A DNA stretch of 64,000 nucleotides from Sminthopsis crassicaudata (Eukaryota), in NCBI RefSeq assembly GCF_048593235.1, contig NC_133621.1, positions 201,335,238 through 201,399,237 on the forward strand, given 5' to 3'. The stretch's first letter is position 1, and the number at the start of each line of letters is the position of its first letter. A model generated the notes under the pieces. It was not told where the DNA came from, made no database searches, and saw only the letters and a list, made by a program, of their open reading frames with translations. A program made the position numbers and the translations under genes. Shown one piece after another: positions 52,714 to 64,000 of the stretch.

Positions 52714-53699
52714 TTAATCAGAGGAAGAAAAACTGTTTAAGAGACCGACTAGGATTAAAACCTTGTCTCTCAAAGGGACTACTTTTAGCCTGGAAAAGAT
52801 TAATAAAAGCCTTCCATACTTCACTATTGATATTGTTTTTGCTAATTTTAGCAAAGCATGGCTTTTACTTAATTTTTGAGATCTTATAAATAGAAGCTAT
52901 TCCAATGTAGGCCACTCGAGTTAGTTGCTTTGGTTGAGTGAGCAAACCAGAGAAAAATACTAGAATTCTTTTTATAAGGGAGGGGGGGGTATTACTATCT
53001 TAAATTAACTACAAGAGAGTAATTCTGGAGTATGTATCCTTAGAAAAGACCTATGAGCATGTTAAAATGAAAATGGAACCCACAAATTGGTAAATTATAC
53101 ATGGAGGAATGACCATGTAAACATTCTAGGCTACAGTAATTTTGCTTAAGTATGCACATTGGGAAATCAAGGAGTAAGCAGAATTTTTGTGCTGCAATGG
53201 AGTACCTAGAGTACAACTCTAGGCGCATCTTCTATGAGAAAATTTAGTTAACGGACACATAAGGTAGAGCAGTAAATCAAGTGCTGGACCCAGCCATGTG
53301 ACCTTGGGCAACTTGACCTCTCTGCCTTAGTTTCCTCTACAGTAAAACATATAATAATAGCACCTACCCCACAGAACTGTGAGAATGAAATGAACTCTCT
53401 AAGTATAAATGTTAGCTATTATCAAGTGTGGATGGCTTACAATCACAACAAGGTTGTAACACGGTTATAATGTGGGATTACAGTACATGTAGTTTAAAGG
53501 GTTACTATTTAGTCTTCCTTTTTAGGAACTTAACTCTTTAAGATTTAATACTGGTTTTCTACATCTAGAGGAAAGAAAGACTACGCCATTCTGGAAGACT
53601 ATTCAGAGATCCTGTACATTTCCTTAAGATGCCAATGGTAAATCCAATAGCCTTTTTTCTGGTCCTTATCCAGTCTTCTACAACATCTGACACTGTTAC

Positions 53700-54500
53700 C
53701 TTAACAAATCCCACCCATATATTTTCTTTTCTTGGTTTCTGTGATAACACAGTCTCCTGGGCTCACAATTCATTCTGAAAAAAGTTTTACTGAACATGGT
53801 AAGGCACCATACTAGACATTGGGGAAAAAAACACAACAGTCCCAAGTTTACATTTCACAGGAATTAGTGGAGCAAGGGCAACTTGTTATAACATGTATAC
53901 AAGTACATAAAATATACAACAAAGTAATTTAGAAAGGAAGCAAACTAAATATGGAAGATCAGGAAATGCCTGTGTATTATTAGGTGCCATGTAATTTGTG
54001 CCTTATTAAGATGTCATGAAATTCAAGAAATAAAAGGTTAAGAAAATGGTAATTTCCCAATGTGGACAACTATGTAAGTGCACAAAGTGGGAAAAATGCA
54101 GAAAATTGTTCTTAAAAAAAATAATATTATATAAAGGACAGCCAGTTGGATTGTAAGAACATTAGATAAATGGATGGGCTGTGCCAAGCTGAGTATTTTG
54201 TATTTCATCTCGGATGTAGTATAAGGAGCCTTCTGAAAAATATGGAAAGTAACAGAGACGTGTTTTGGAAGATCAACTTAGAAGCTCTTTGGAGGCAGGG
54301 TTCTAGAGAGGAAAGACTGGAAGCAGTGAGATGATTTAAGAAGCTACTGCAATAGTCAAAGTAAAAAGTGATAAGAAATAGAGTACAGGTGAGGGTTAAG
54401 AGAAGGGTTAATAGAGACACTATGGAGGCAGAATTAACAAGATATAGAAACTGATATGCTATGTGTGTCAAGAAGGATCGCAGAGAAATAACTTGGGCAA
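53700..54500 (+). mobile_element. L2 fragments
   Basis: tttactgaacatggtaaggcaccatactagacattgggg...gaaagactggaagcagtgagatgatttaagaagctactgcaatagtc. Confidence 0.55.
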
Positions 54501-55209
54501 CGGAGAAGACAATGCTCTAAGCAAAACAGGGAAATCCTTTCATTTTCCAATATAAAAATCTGTATTGACTAAAATAATTATAAATGGAAAAAACTTTAAG
54601 TATATTCAGATTCAATCACTTTTAAGTATAATGTTAAAGATTTCATGTGAAAAAATTAATGTTTTTCATTCTTTGCTTAATCCTAAATAACTAAAAGAGC
54701 TGTCTAGCATGTGCTTGGCACACAGAGTAGCAGGGAGCATTTACTGGTAGGTACTATATTAGATCCTTAGGTACTACATTGTATGCTATGTTATATACTT
54801 TTAAACCTTTCATCTTCACAGAAGATAAAAAATGTATTTCTGTTTTTAAAACTAAAGTATACATATCTGTAAGATATGTTGCTTTAACCTCTATGAAGAG
54901 TGGAAAGGATCCTTTTCTCCATAAACCCATGAACGTCTAATGGACTTGAAAAGGAATAAGAGCCACCCCTCTAATGTTTAGGAAATGTAATCCTATTATT
55001 TCAGAGCTATAAAAGAACATGAAGTGGACATCCAGAGAAATGACGTGATTTATGATTATACAGCTAGTTGGTAGAAAAGCTAAGACTAGAACGCAGGATC
55101 CCTGACAGCCAATCCAGTGCTCATTCTATTTAAACATTCTGCTTATTGTAATTTTAAGAATCTTCTGATTTGGGGTTCTTTCATTTTCTTTATGCTTTAT
55201 GATTCTTAC

Positions 55210-55295
55210 TTGTTGGAAGGTTTTTGATTTCCTATTTGTCCTGGTTCATCTTGTTTTAATCCTGCAAGCAGAGCATCCTTTGAGCAATGCTTATC
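55210..55295 (-). CDS. ARID2: ARID2 exon 18
   Basis: Minus strand cccttgaaaag|GAT AAG CAT...AA|gtaaga, 86 bp, [29 protein letters not shown] 90-bp intron separates it from exon 17. Confidence 0.95.
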
Positions 55296-55328
55296 CTTTT
55301 CAAGGGAGAGAAAAAGAACAATGTATTA

Positions 55329-55550
<222 letters not shown>

Positions 55551-56009
55551 TTACTTTTTTGTCATTTCAACAAAATGATTTTGTAAAAAACTAGCCTGAC
55601 ATTCTACATGGGAGTTTATTTACTACATCAAAATTTCTTAATTTTGACTTCAAAAGAAAGGCAGAATAGCATAAGAGGGGATTTCAGAATGAATGGTGGC
55701 AGTCTATATATGTCATTACAGAAAATTCTTATTTTAAAAACATTTTAAACATGTGCTACACTTAACTGTTGGAATTAGCTTTAATTAGTGTTTATAAACA
55801 TGTAAATTTATTTGTAAAATTTATAATTATACAGTTTATAAATGGATTAACACCCTTTTGCTTCAATTTCCCCTCTTTCAGGTAGGCAAAAAACCTCTCA
55901 AAGGGAAATGAAAATGATATGAAAATAGATCTGCTCTCATACATATACATATCACATGCTGCGTATACTTTTTTACACACTTTTACAAAGCATACATACA
56001 CACATATAT

Positions 56010-56240
56010 TTGGACTGGACCTGTGATTTCATCGGTGTAGAGAGCTCCCAGTAAGAACTTCCTCTAGGAAAGCAGATGCACTTGCCGTGCATTCAAAGCC
56101 TTAGAGAGTTGCTTGGGGGCACTGAGAGAGTAAGGGACTTGCTCAAGGTCACAGAGCCAGTATGTGGAGGAGGAGGGACTCAACTCAGTTCTTCCTGACT
56201 TCAAGGTCAGCTCTATCCAATGCTCCACGTTGCCTCTGCA
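56010..56240 (+). mobile_element. Marsupial CORE SINE (WALLSI-like)
   Basis: ggactggacctgtgatttcatcggtgtagagagctccc...gggacttgctcaaggtcacagagccag...ttcctgacttcaagg. Confidence 0.65.
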
Positions 56241-56759
56241 TTATCAATACCACTTTAAAATGAAAGTCAGGAGAAGAAATCTTAGAATTCAAAGTCACAC
56301 GTTTGACATTGGAAAATGAGTATGAACTGCCTGTTGTCTTAAATAGAAAGGGAGCTTAACAGCGGTCCAATTGAGAATAAGAGATACATGGATATCCTGT
56401 CCAATTTGTATTGTTCACTATGGATTATACTTTAACATTCCTGTAGAAAATATACTTTGAAATAATTTCATCAGTAAAAGGGAAAATGTAATAATCATGA
56501 CTATAATATAGGCTATTTAAAAATACTACTCATACTTGTTTGTAGACCTACCTACGGAAAAGCTTCTTCTTACTTTTTGGAAACAGTACTGTGAAAAAAA
56601 AGAAACAGTACTGTTGTTGACATAATGGATGCTGGCCTCTTAACTCTAAGGCAGTAAATTGCAGAGAAGGTGCTGACCTTCATTGGTAGAGGTAGTTACT
56701 TATCTGGGACTTACCCATCTCAATGAAATCATAGATCCAGTCCCCATTCTACATGACAT

Positions 56760-59700
56760 TCAAATTCAATAAACAAATTTATTTATTCAGAACCTACTAC
56801 ACGTTTAACACAATACTAAGGGCTGGGGCTACAATAACGGCAAAAGACAACCCATATCTTCAAGATGCTTCCAATCTAATGGGGGAGATGACAGGCAAAC
56901 AGATGTCTATATGCAGTTATATGCAGGATAAATGGAAAATAATAAAGGAGAAGAGAGTATTCTAAGTGAGACATAAAGGAAGCCAGGGCGGTCAGCAGCC
57001 CAGATCCAGAGACAAGCAGAGAAAATGCTCTCAGCTGAGAGTTGGAACGAGGAGGCCAGGAGGAGGGAAGGAGAAGGTCTAAGAAGGCTTGAAGCTATAG
57101 GCAAGATGTCTACTGGACATCCAGCTCCAGATGTCTGAGAGAGGGCTTCGAGGTTGGAAGTCTACAGAGACACTAGGGCAGGAAAGGTAGACTGGAGAGT
57201 CATAAGCATAGAGATGTAAGTTAAAATCCACAGGAGCTGATGAGAAGAACAACAGAGGAGAGCTGAGGGCAGAACCCTGTGAGAGATACCTATGGTTAGA
57301 AAAAGTGATCTGGAGGGTCCAGCAAAGAAGATGGAGAAGAGTCATAAGGGAGTAATGTCCCAAAAATCTAGAGAAAAGAAAACAGCAAGGAGTATGTGAT
57401 CAGCTGCGTCAAAGGCTGCAGAGATCACTGGTTACTGGAGAGAGCGCTTTTGATGGGATGATGATTTGGAGAACCAGACTGTAAGGGGGAAAGGTGAGTA
57501 GAGACAGCAGAAGCTTTTTTGAGTTTAGTTATAAAGGATGAGAGTTAGCAGAAATGGATGTATCAAAGATTTTTTTTTTTTTTTTCAAGAGAGGAGACTC
57601 ATGGGCATATTTGTAGGCAGGAAGGAATGAGGCAGCAGAAGAGAGAGATTGAAAATAAGTGAAAGAATGGGGATGCAGAGGAGGTGATGGGTATGGATTA
57701 CTAATTTTCAAAAGATTATATGGACAATTAACTCAAAGAATTCAGGATTAAATCTTTGATATAAATTATCTACTGGTAAATTAAAAGTAACAGATTTGTT
57801 TTATCATGGAAAATCTGACTTTAGCTATATGTATAATTACCAGGTGCCTTTCACATTAACTTATAATCTTTCTCTAGTGTCACAGGTTCATAGACTTAGA
57901 GATGAAAGGGACCTTACAGAGCATGAGCACTATCATCTATAAATGAGGAAGATGAGATCCAGATAAATTAGGAATTGTGTTCAAAGTTCCATGGATGACA
58001 AATAGCAAGTCATTATTTGAATCAAATTCTCTTGACTTAAAATTCAGTATACCTTCAGTACTCCACAATATGATCATGCATCTACAGCTTACAATGAATT
58101 ATCAACTCAATGGACTTTTCTCACAAGAATAAATCAACAAGGGGCAGCTAAGGGGCGCAGTGGATAGAGCACCAGCCTTGAATTCAGGAGAACCCGAGTT
58201 CAAATCTAGTCTCAGACACTTAACACTTCCTAGCTGTGTGACCCTGGGCAAGTCACTTAACCCCAGCCTCAGGGGGAAAAAAAAAAAAGAATAAATCAAC
58301 AAGCACCTGTTTAAGCATCTGTTGGGTGCTAAGTATTATGCTGGTGTTACAGATACAAAAACAAAAAAAAAGATTTCTGCCTACTACATTCAATATGGGA
58401 CATGCAAAAATATAAGTATATACAAAATACAAGGTAATTTTTTTGTGAAGGGATATTAGCCATTAGGGAAAACTAATAATATAGGAAATGGTACTTAAGC
58501 TTGGCTTTATAGGAAACTAAGGATTCCAAAAGGTAAGGGTGAAAAGGGAGTATAATTTCAGCATAATGAGCACCTTGTGCAAGGCAAATGGAATTTCAAG
58601 TGTGAGTAACAGCAAGAAAGTCAGTTTGGCTGGAATCTGGGTATAGAAGGTTATTATAGTTATATGTAATAAAATTTTAAAAGTTAAGCTGGAACCAGGT
58701 TAAGAATGTTAAATGCCAAATGAGAGATTATATTTGATTCTAAAAGTAACAAGAAGTTGATCAAGTAAGAGAGTTGAAGAATTTGAAAAGGAAGAATAGA
58801 GGAGTCTTCTCTCAAGAGCACATTAATGCAAGGCTCTCATTTAGGCAATCCACTGGTAAGAAAGAATGGTATTCAAATATATCAACTAGAAAAAAATTTA
58901 ATTAAATTTTAAACAAATGCAAAATCAAGTGAAACTAATTAATTCAAAAGGCATTTGTTAATTTCTTGTGTTGAAGGCTGTCAGTACTAGCTACAGGGGA
59001 TAACTAAATACAGACATATTTATACAACATAAAAGAAAGAGAAGAGGATTTGTATTGTAAGAAAACACTAACAATCAAAATGTAAAACAAGGGTAAAATG
59101 GGAATGGAATCAGGAAAGATTTTGTATAGGAAGTGGCAATGAGCTGAGCCTTAAAAAAAAAGCTAAATGTTCTAAAAGGCAGATATAGAGAAGGTGAATA
59201 TTGAGGCATTAGGGGACAACCTGTATAAAAACACATTTATAGATTAATGAGTTAAGATAATAGTTAAATGTTTGAATAAGAAAATTTTTTACTGAATCCT
59301 AAGGATATAATAAGGAACCACTTGAGAGTATTGAGCTGAGGAGTGACATAGCCAGACCTATGGATTAGGAAGATGATTTCGACAGCTACTGAAGAGAAGA
59401 TCAACAGACACACCAATTAGAACGCTATTATTAGAGTTGAGGCAAGAGGCTGAGAGGGCCTGATAATGCCACATAAATGGAGAGGAGCAGTTGAGTGTAA
59501 AAGACAGTGTAGACTGACAAACAACTGACAAAACTTGGAAAGTAATCTGTATGGGTGGGGTAGGAGGAAAAAATCAAAAATGCTTGAATTTGTGAACCTG
59601 TTTGACTAGGATATTTTAAAATAAATAGGAAAATTTGTAGGTAAGGAGTAAAGAAACATAATGTACATTTCAAATGTCAAATGGGAAAATCTGATAAAGA

Positions 59701-60600
59701 TATTCAGCAGTCAATTGGTGAGGTTGGGCTAGAATCCAGAAAAGATTAAAGCTGGATATGTGGCTTTAGAAATTATCTACAAAAAAAAACAATAATTAAA
59801 CCCATAAAGATGGAAAAAACCATTGAGAAAATGTAGAGCCCAGAAATGAAACTTAGGGAACATTCTCTTGGGGGCAGATGATAAATGGTGATTATGCAAG
59901 GACATCAAACAGGAATCATCAAGCAGAGAGAACTGTCACAAAAGAGTCTTCAGGAAGAAAGTATGAGAGAAGGACACATGTAAAAGGATGGGGCTTGGTA
60001 AGAAATAGAAAGGAAAGCTTAGGAAGTGAGAAGAGAGGATAACACAGAATTCTGAAGTGTGGAAAGAGGAACAGAATTCAGCAGAAAGTCCTCATTTTCT
60101 CATTTAAAAAAAAAGTTTCTGGTGGAGAGAGTATGATTTATAAGGCTTCAGAAGATAAGGTCTAGCAAACCTACTTTAGGAAAGGAAAATCAATCAAGAA
60201 AAAATAATCAGATTTCTATGTACATTTGTTGAGATTAAATAACAAATTTTGAGTGTGTGCGATTTTCGGTAGCAAGAATGATAAGATGGAAATATTCAAA
60301 AGTTGGAGTTTAACAAAGCTATCATGAGATGTCAAGGGATAGAAGACAACAGGTTGATAAACTGGGGTCAAAATTATGGAAGGACGAAAAATGAAGCTAC
60401 GGAACGGGTGGGGAACTAGCAGAAACGGAAGGAGGAAGGGTCATGGTAAGAAATTCAGCTAGATTTTGTTCAAGTAAAGTGAAAATAAATAGATTTAAGA
60501 TAATCACACAAAGTTCCAAATTCAGTGAGAGATAGGGGGATATCTACACAATTCTGAAATCCCTGAGTAGGGACATGGCTTGGGATGAAGAAGACTAAAA
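56760..60600 (+). mobile_element. Long run of L2 fragments in ARID2 intron 16
   Basis: caaattcaataaacaaatttatttattcagaacctactac..., ggatgagagttagc..., aagcatctgttgggtgctaag. Interrupted by SINEs. Confidence 0.55.
58141..58286 (+). mobile_element. Very young WSINE1-type SINE with perfect 16-bp TSD
   Basis: Near-consensus copy with CpGs retained. AAGAATAAATCAACAA at 58125-58140 and 58287-58302. Confidence 0.95.
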
Positions 60601-60664
60601 TGGGTACTAAATGAATTGTCAGAAGAGAGAGAGTGATTGCCATAAGAATTTAGACAAACTGTCT

Positions 60665-60887
60665 GTGACCTCTTTGGGGTTTTTTTTGGCAAAGACACTG
60701 GAGTGGTTTGTCATTTCCTTCTCCACCTCACTTTACAGATGGGGAAATGGATGGGCAAAGAGGATAAAGTGACTTGCCCAGAGTCATATAGCCACTAAAT
60801 GTCTGGGGTCAGATTTGAACTCAGGAATATGCATCTTTCTGCCTCCAGGCTTGGCACTCCATGCATCATGGCACCACCTAGCTGCTC
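60665..60887 (-). mobile_element. Mar1-type CORE SINE
   Basis: ttggcaaagacactggagtggtttgtcatttccttctcc...ggcaccacctagctgc. Confidence 0.75.
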
Positions 60888-63800
60888 AAGGCAGATTGAG
60901 GAAATCTTAGAAGAGATTTCTGAGAGATGGCACAAGAAAGGTCCAGAATCAGCAACGCAGAGCGAGAACTATGCCTGCCCACTGTCTCAGGGAACATAAA
61001 AGCAGCAGTTCTCAGCAGAGTTGTCTGTATCCACCCACGCGCAATGTTTCACTTTTTGCTTAAATTGCCATTGCCAAAAACTGTCATCTTTACTCCAAAT
61101 TTTTCTGTTCTGTTCATTCAACCATATACAGAATCTGTCTTTCAAAAGAATCCATCACCTGAATGTTCTCAGGCTCTCCCTCATGTACTTCCTACTTCTA
61201 GAATGGCTCAAAGTAAAGCTTAAACAAAGTATTCTTTTATATCTATTATTTATTAGGACCATAGATTAAAAAAAAAAAAAAAAAAAAAATCCCAGGCCAT
61301 TAAATGTACTAATTATATTTCCAGAAAAATGAAACCCATAGCCAATATTTTCCAGAGAACTGAAAGACACGAGGAGTAATACTTTAATTAATCTTGGATG
61401 AAGAACGTTAGTGTTGAAATATAATCCCACTCTAACACTTTGCTGGAAGAGCTAAATCAAAGGGTCTCACATAGGACGACCTAAGTTCTACATAACCATC
61501 TTTCCTTTCTCCCTCGTATCAATGCTAAGTTAAGAAAAGGTGGGCTTGGTAAAAATAGTTGTTGGAAGTTAATGAAATGAGTTTCTGACTTTTTCCCCTT
61601 CTCATAAAAAATGGACAAAATGGCAATAAGGAGTCCAATTTAGCAAAGTGAGAAAGCACTTCAAAATATTTCCTCCAAAAATTTAATAACTCAGTTATTT
61701 TGAATATTTTATTTATTCACATTTTAAATTTCTCTCTACCACTTAAAATCTTTTTTTAAAAAAAGTAAATGCTATTGTTTTTAATTACTTTGTCAACATA
61801 GTTGACATTCAACCTCCCCTTTTTCTCCTCCCCCAACATATATTAATAGGTTGTTAAATAAAGCTTTGATGAAGTTAATGAAAGACTGGAGTCATGAAGT
61901 GGTTCAACTCCTCTGCCATTCCTTCCACTCCTTATTTAGGTTAAGAATTTTTCAACTGTGACACTAACATTTTTTCCAAACACTGACATTGAAATGTGTT
62001 ATTACAGGGATTAGAAAGGATTAAATGTGGAGTCAGAGGACCTGAATCCTTTACTTACTACCTGTGAGACATGGGAGAGTCACTTTAATTCTTGGGGCTT
62101 CAGTTTTCATACTAAGCTAAAAACTTCATTTTTGTTTTACAGATGAGGCAACTGAGGCTCAGTGGTTAAGTAACTTAGATAAAGTCACACCTGAGGTCAA
62201 ATAAAAAGATGTGGATTTGAACTCAAAACTTCTAAGACCAACTCTCAAGCTCTTACAAATCTGCTACATCTCAAATCTCAATTTACAAATAAAGACCCAG
62301 AGGCCATATGCAGTATACATTAGGATATTAAGTTCAAGACTTTTATAGTAACAGGACAGGAAGCTATTAAGTTAGTTTCTCAGATAATCTCTGGATACCA
62401 TTTCAAGATCTACAATTTAAACTAGAGCCAAGATTATGAGTTACATGATTTCACAAAATGTTAAAAAATAGTTTTGTGTAAAATAAAACTAAAAGAATTT
62501 AGTTTATCCATCTGGCTAAGTCAAGTCATGCTGAGGCTGCTGAGAAGTATAGCAGATAAGGAACTGAGCATGGAGTCAGGAAGCTCTGAGTTCAAATCCA
62601 GCCCCAGATATTTATTAACTGTTTGACCTACAGCAAGTCACTTAACCTCTAACTGCCTCAGTTTCTTGAAATGTAAAATGGAAACCATAATATCACCTAC
62701 TTTCCACTATTGTTGTGAAGAGCAAATGAGATAATATTTATTAGTATTTTCAAAGTACTTAGCAAAGGACACTTAAACCAAACTTCCTTCTTTTCTCCTT
62801 GTCCTTTCCTTTCCTCTCTTCTCCTTCTTTTCTCTATAAAGGAATTGGCAATGAAGACAAAGAAAGAGGCATTTTTATAAATAATTTTCTACATCCAGCT
62901 CCTTTTTATGTAAACTTTAAAATATTATAAAAATGCTAAGTTATTATTCGTGGTTAAAAAAACTGACGTAGAAGTACAAAAATAGAACCTCACACTATGT
63001 TTCAGGCTCATTAATATCAGAGGCATTTGATTCAGATAAAGCAAAATCAATTCAGCCTCATAAAATTTCCTCAGATAAACTGTCTTTTCATGTGAAAGCA
63101 AAATGATGTAAGACCTCATCAAAATGGAACTAGAAAGATCATTTTATCTTTGTCCAGGGATTTACTCATAACTGATATCATGTAAGGTGTGAACAACAGA
63201 GATAATACATTCACCAAATGTGTTTACCAGAATGATGGTAGTTATCTACCTTATATATTTACTCTTGGAGACTGTTACATTGAAGACTGAACATTCTATC
63301 AAGATTTACTTCAGGATACAAAATCCATCAGAGTGAAACCAACTACTCTGGAAAAACATCTGAAAAAAAATCTTATACCTGATTAATGCAATAATTGGTT
63401 GAATGTGTATATCAATATTTGCTAATATAATCAACACTTTTCCAAAATGACAAATGTTCCAGAGGGCTGAGCTGGCTCCCAAATTAAATAGAAGAGTGGA
63501 CATTTTGGCTATTATACAATATGGTCAGTGACCATAAACTTCTCACTGCTGCAAATTTAATATCAATAACCTCCTGGTGTTGTCATATTGGTGCAAATGA
63601 TAGAAAATCATTATCTTGGAAGAGTCAAAATATAAAGTAATTTAAAAGACAAAGGAAATGCATGGCTAGTGTAAATAGTTTAAGGCATATTATTGATGAT
63701 GACATATAGAAAAGCAGCATAAAAAGCATTATAGTTTATTTTAGATATAATTTGAAAAGAAGGTATTCTAGCTATGTATAGAGAATGAGACAAATCAGGT

Positions 63801-64000
63801 GGATAGCTGAGTGGTTTTTTGGAGATACAAAAGAACTGGGGGAACTTTTTTTTATTAGTGGTTGGGGAGAATCTCTGTGAAAAATTAGTGAAAAGATCAC
63901 TGATGACAAGGATGATACTGCACCAGTGGGAAAAGGAATATCCAAGTCAATGAAATAAAGGTGTCATTAAAGCAAAACAAATTAGGAATAACTGTCTATT

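Noticed and set aside
56581-56613. Repeated palindrome AAACAGTACTGT, and an 8-bp stem cctagagt/actctagg at about 53205
   Set aside because: Too short to exceed chance in 64 kb.

Overview
This is AT-rich, repeat-dense marsupial genomic DNA. The WSINE1-type tRNA/CORE SINEs and marsupial-type L1s suggest a dasyurid, which is an inference. Two genes meet tail to tail. SCAF11 (SFRS2IP) is on +, with nine coding exons from 12521 to the stop at 26105 (human-equivalent exons 7-15, including a 2706-bp exon with the RS region) and a 3' UTR to about 28860. ARID2 is on -, with its last five exons (human-equivalent 17-21) from 55524 to about 49245 and a 3' UTR to about 47800. All visible splice junctions keep frame. 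One SCAF11 intron is GC-AG. Five N runs (981 nt) cover the ARID2 terminal exon and look like hard-masking rather than gaps. The rest is introns and about 19 kb of intergenic DNA with L1, L2, CR1, CORE SINEs, a 7SL retrocopy, an ERV1 pol remnant and several LTRs. I found no convincing new biological system. The best leads are a 200-bp near-perfect hairpin, the GC donor competing with an in-frame GT donor, and the masked ARID2 end. Human comparisons and exon numbers are from memory, not alignment. Boundaries of old repeats are approximate.
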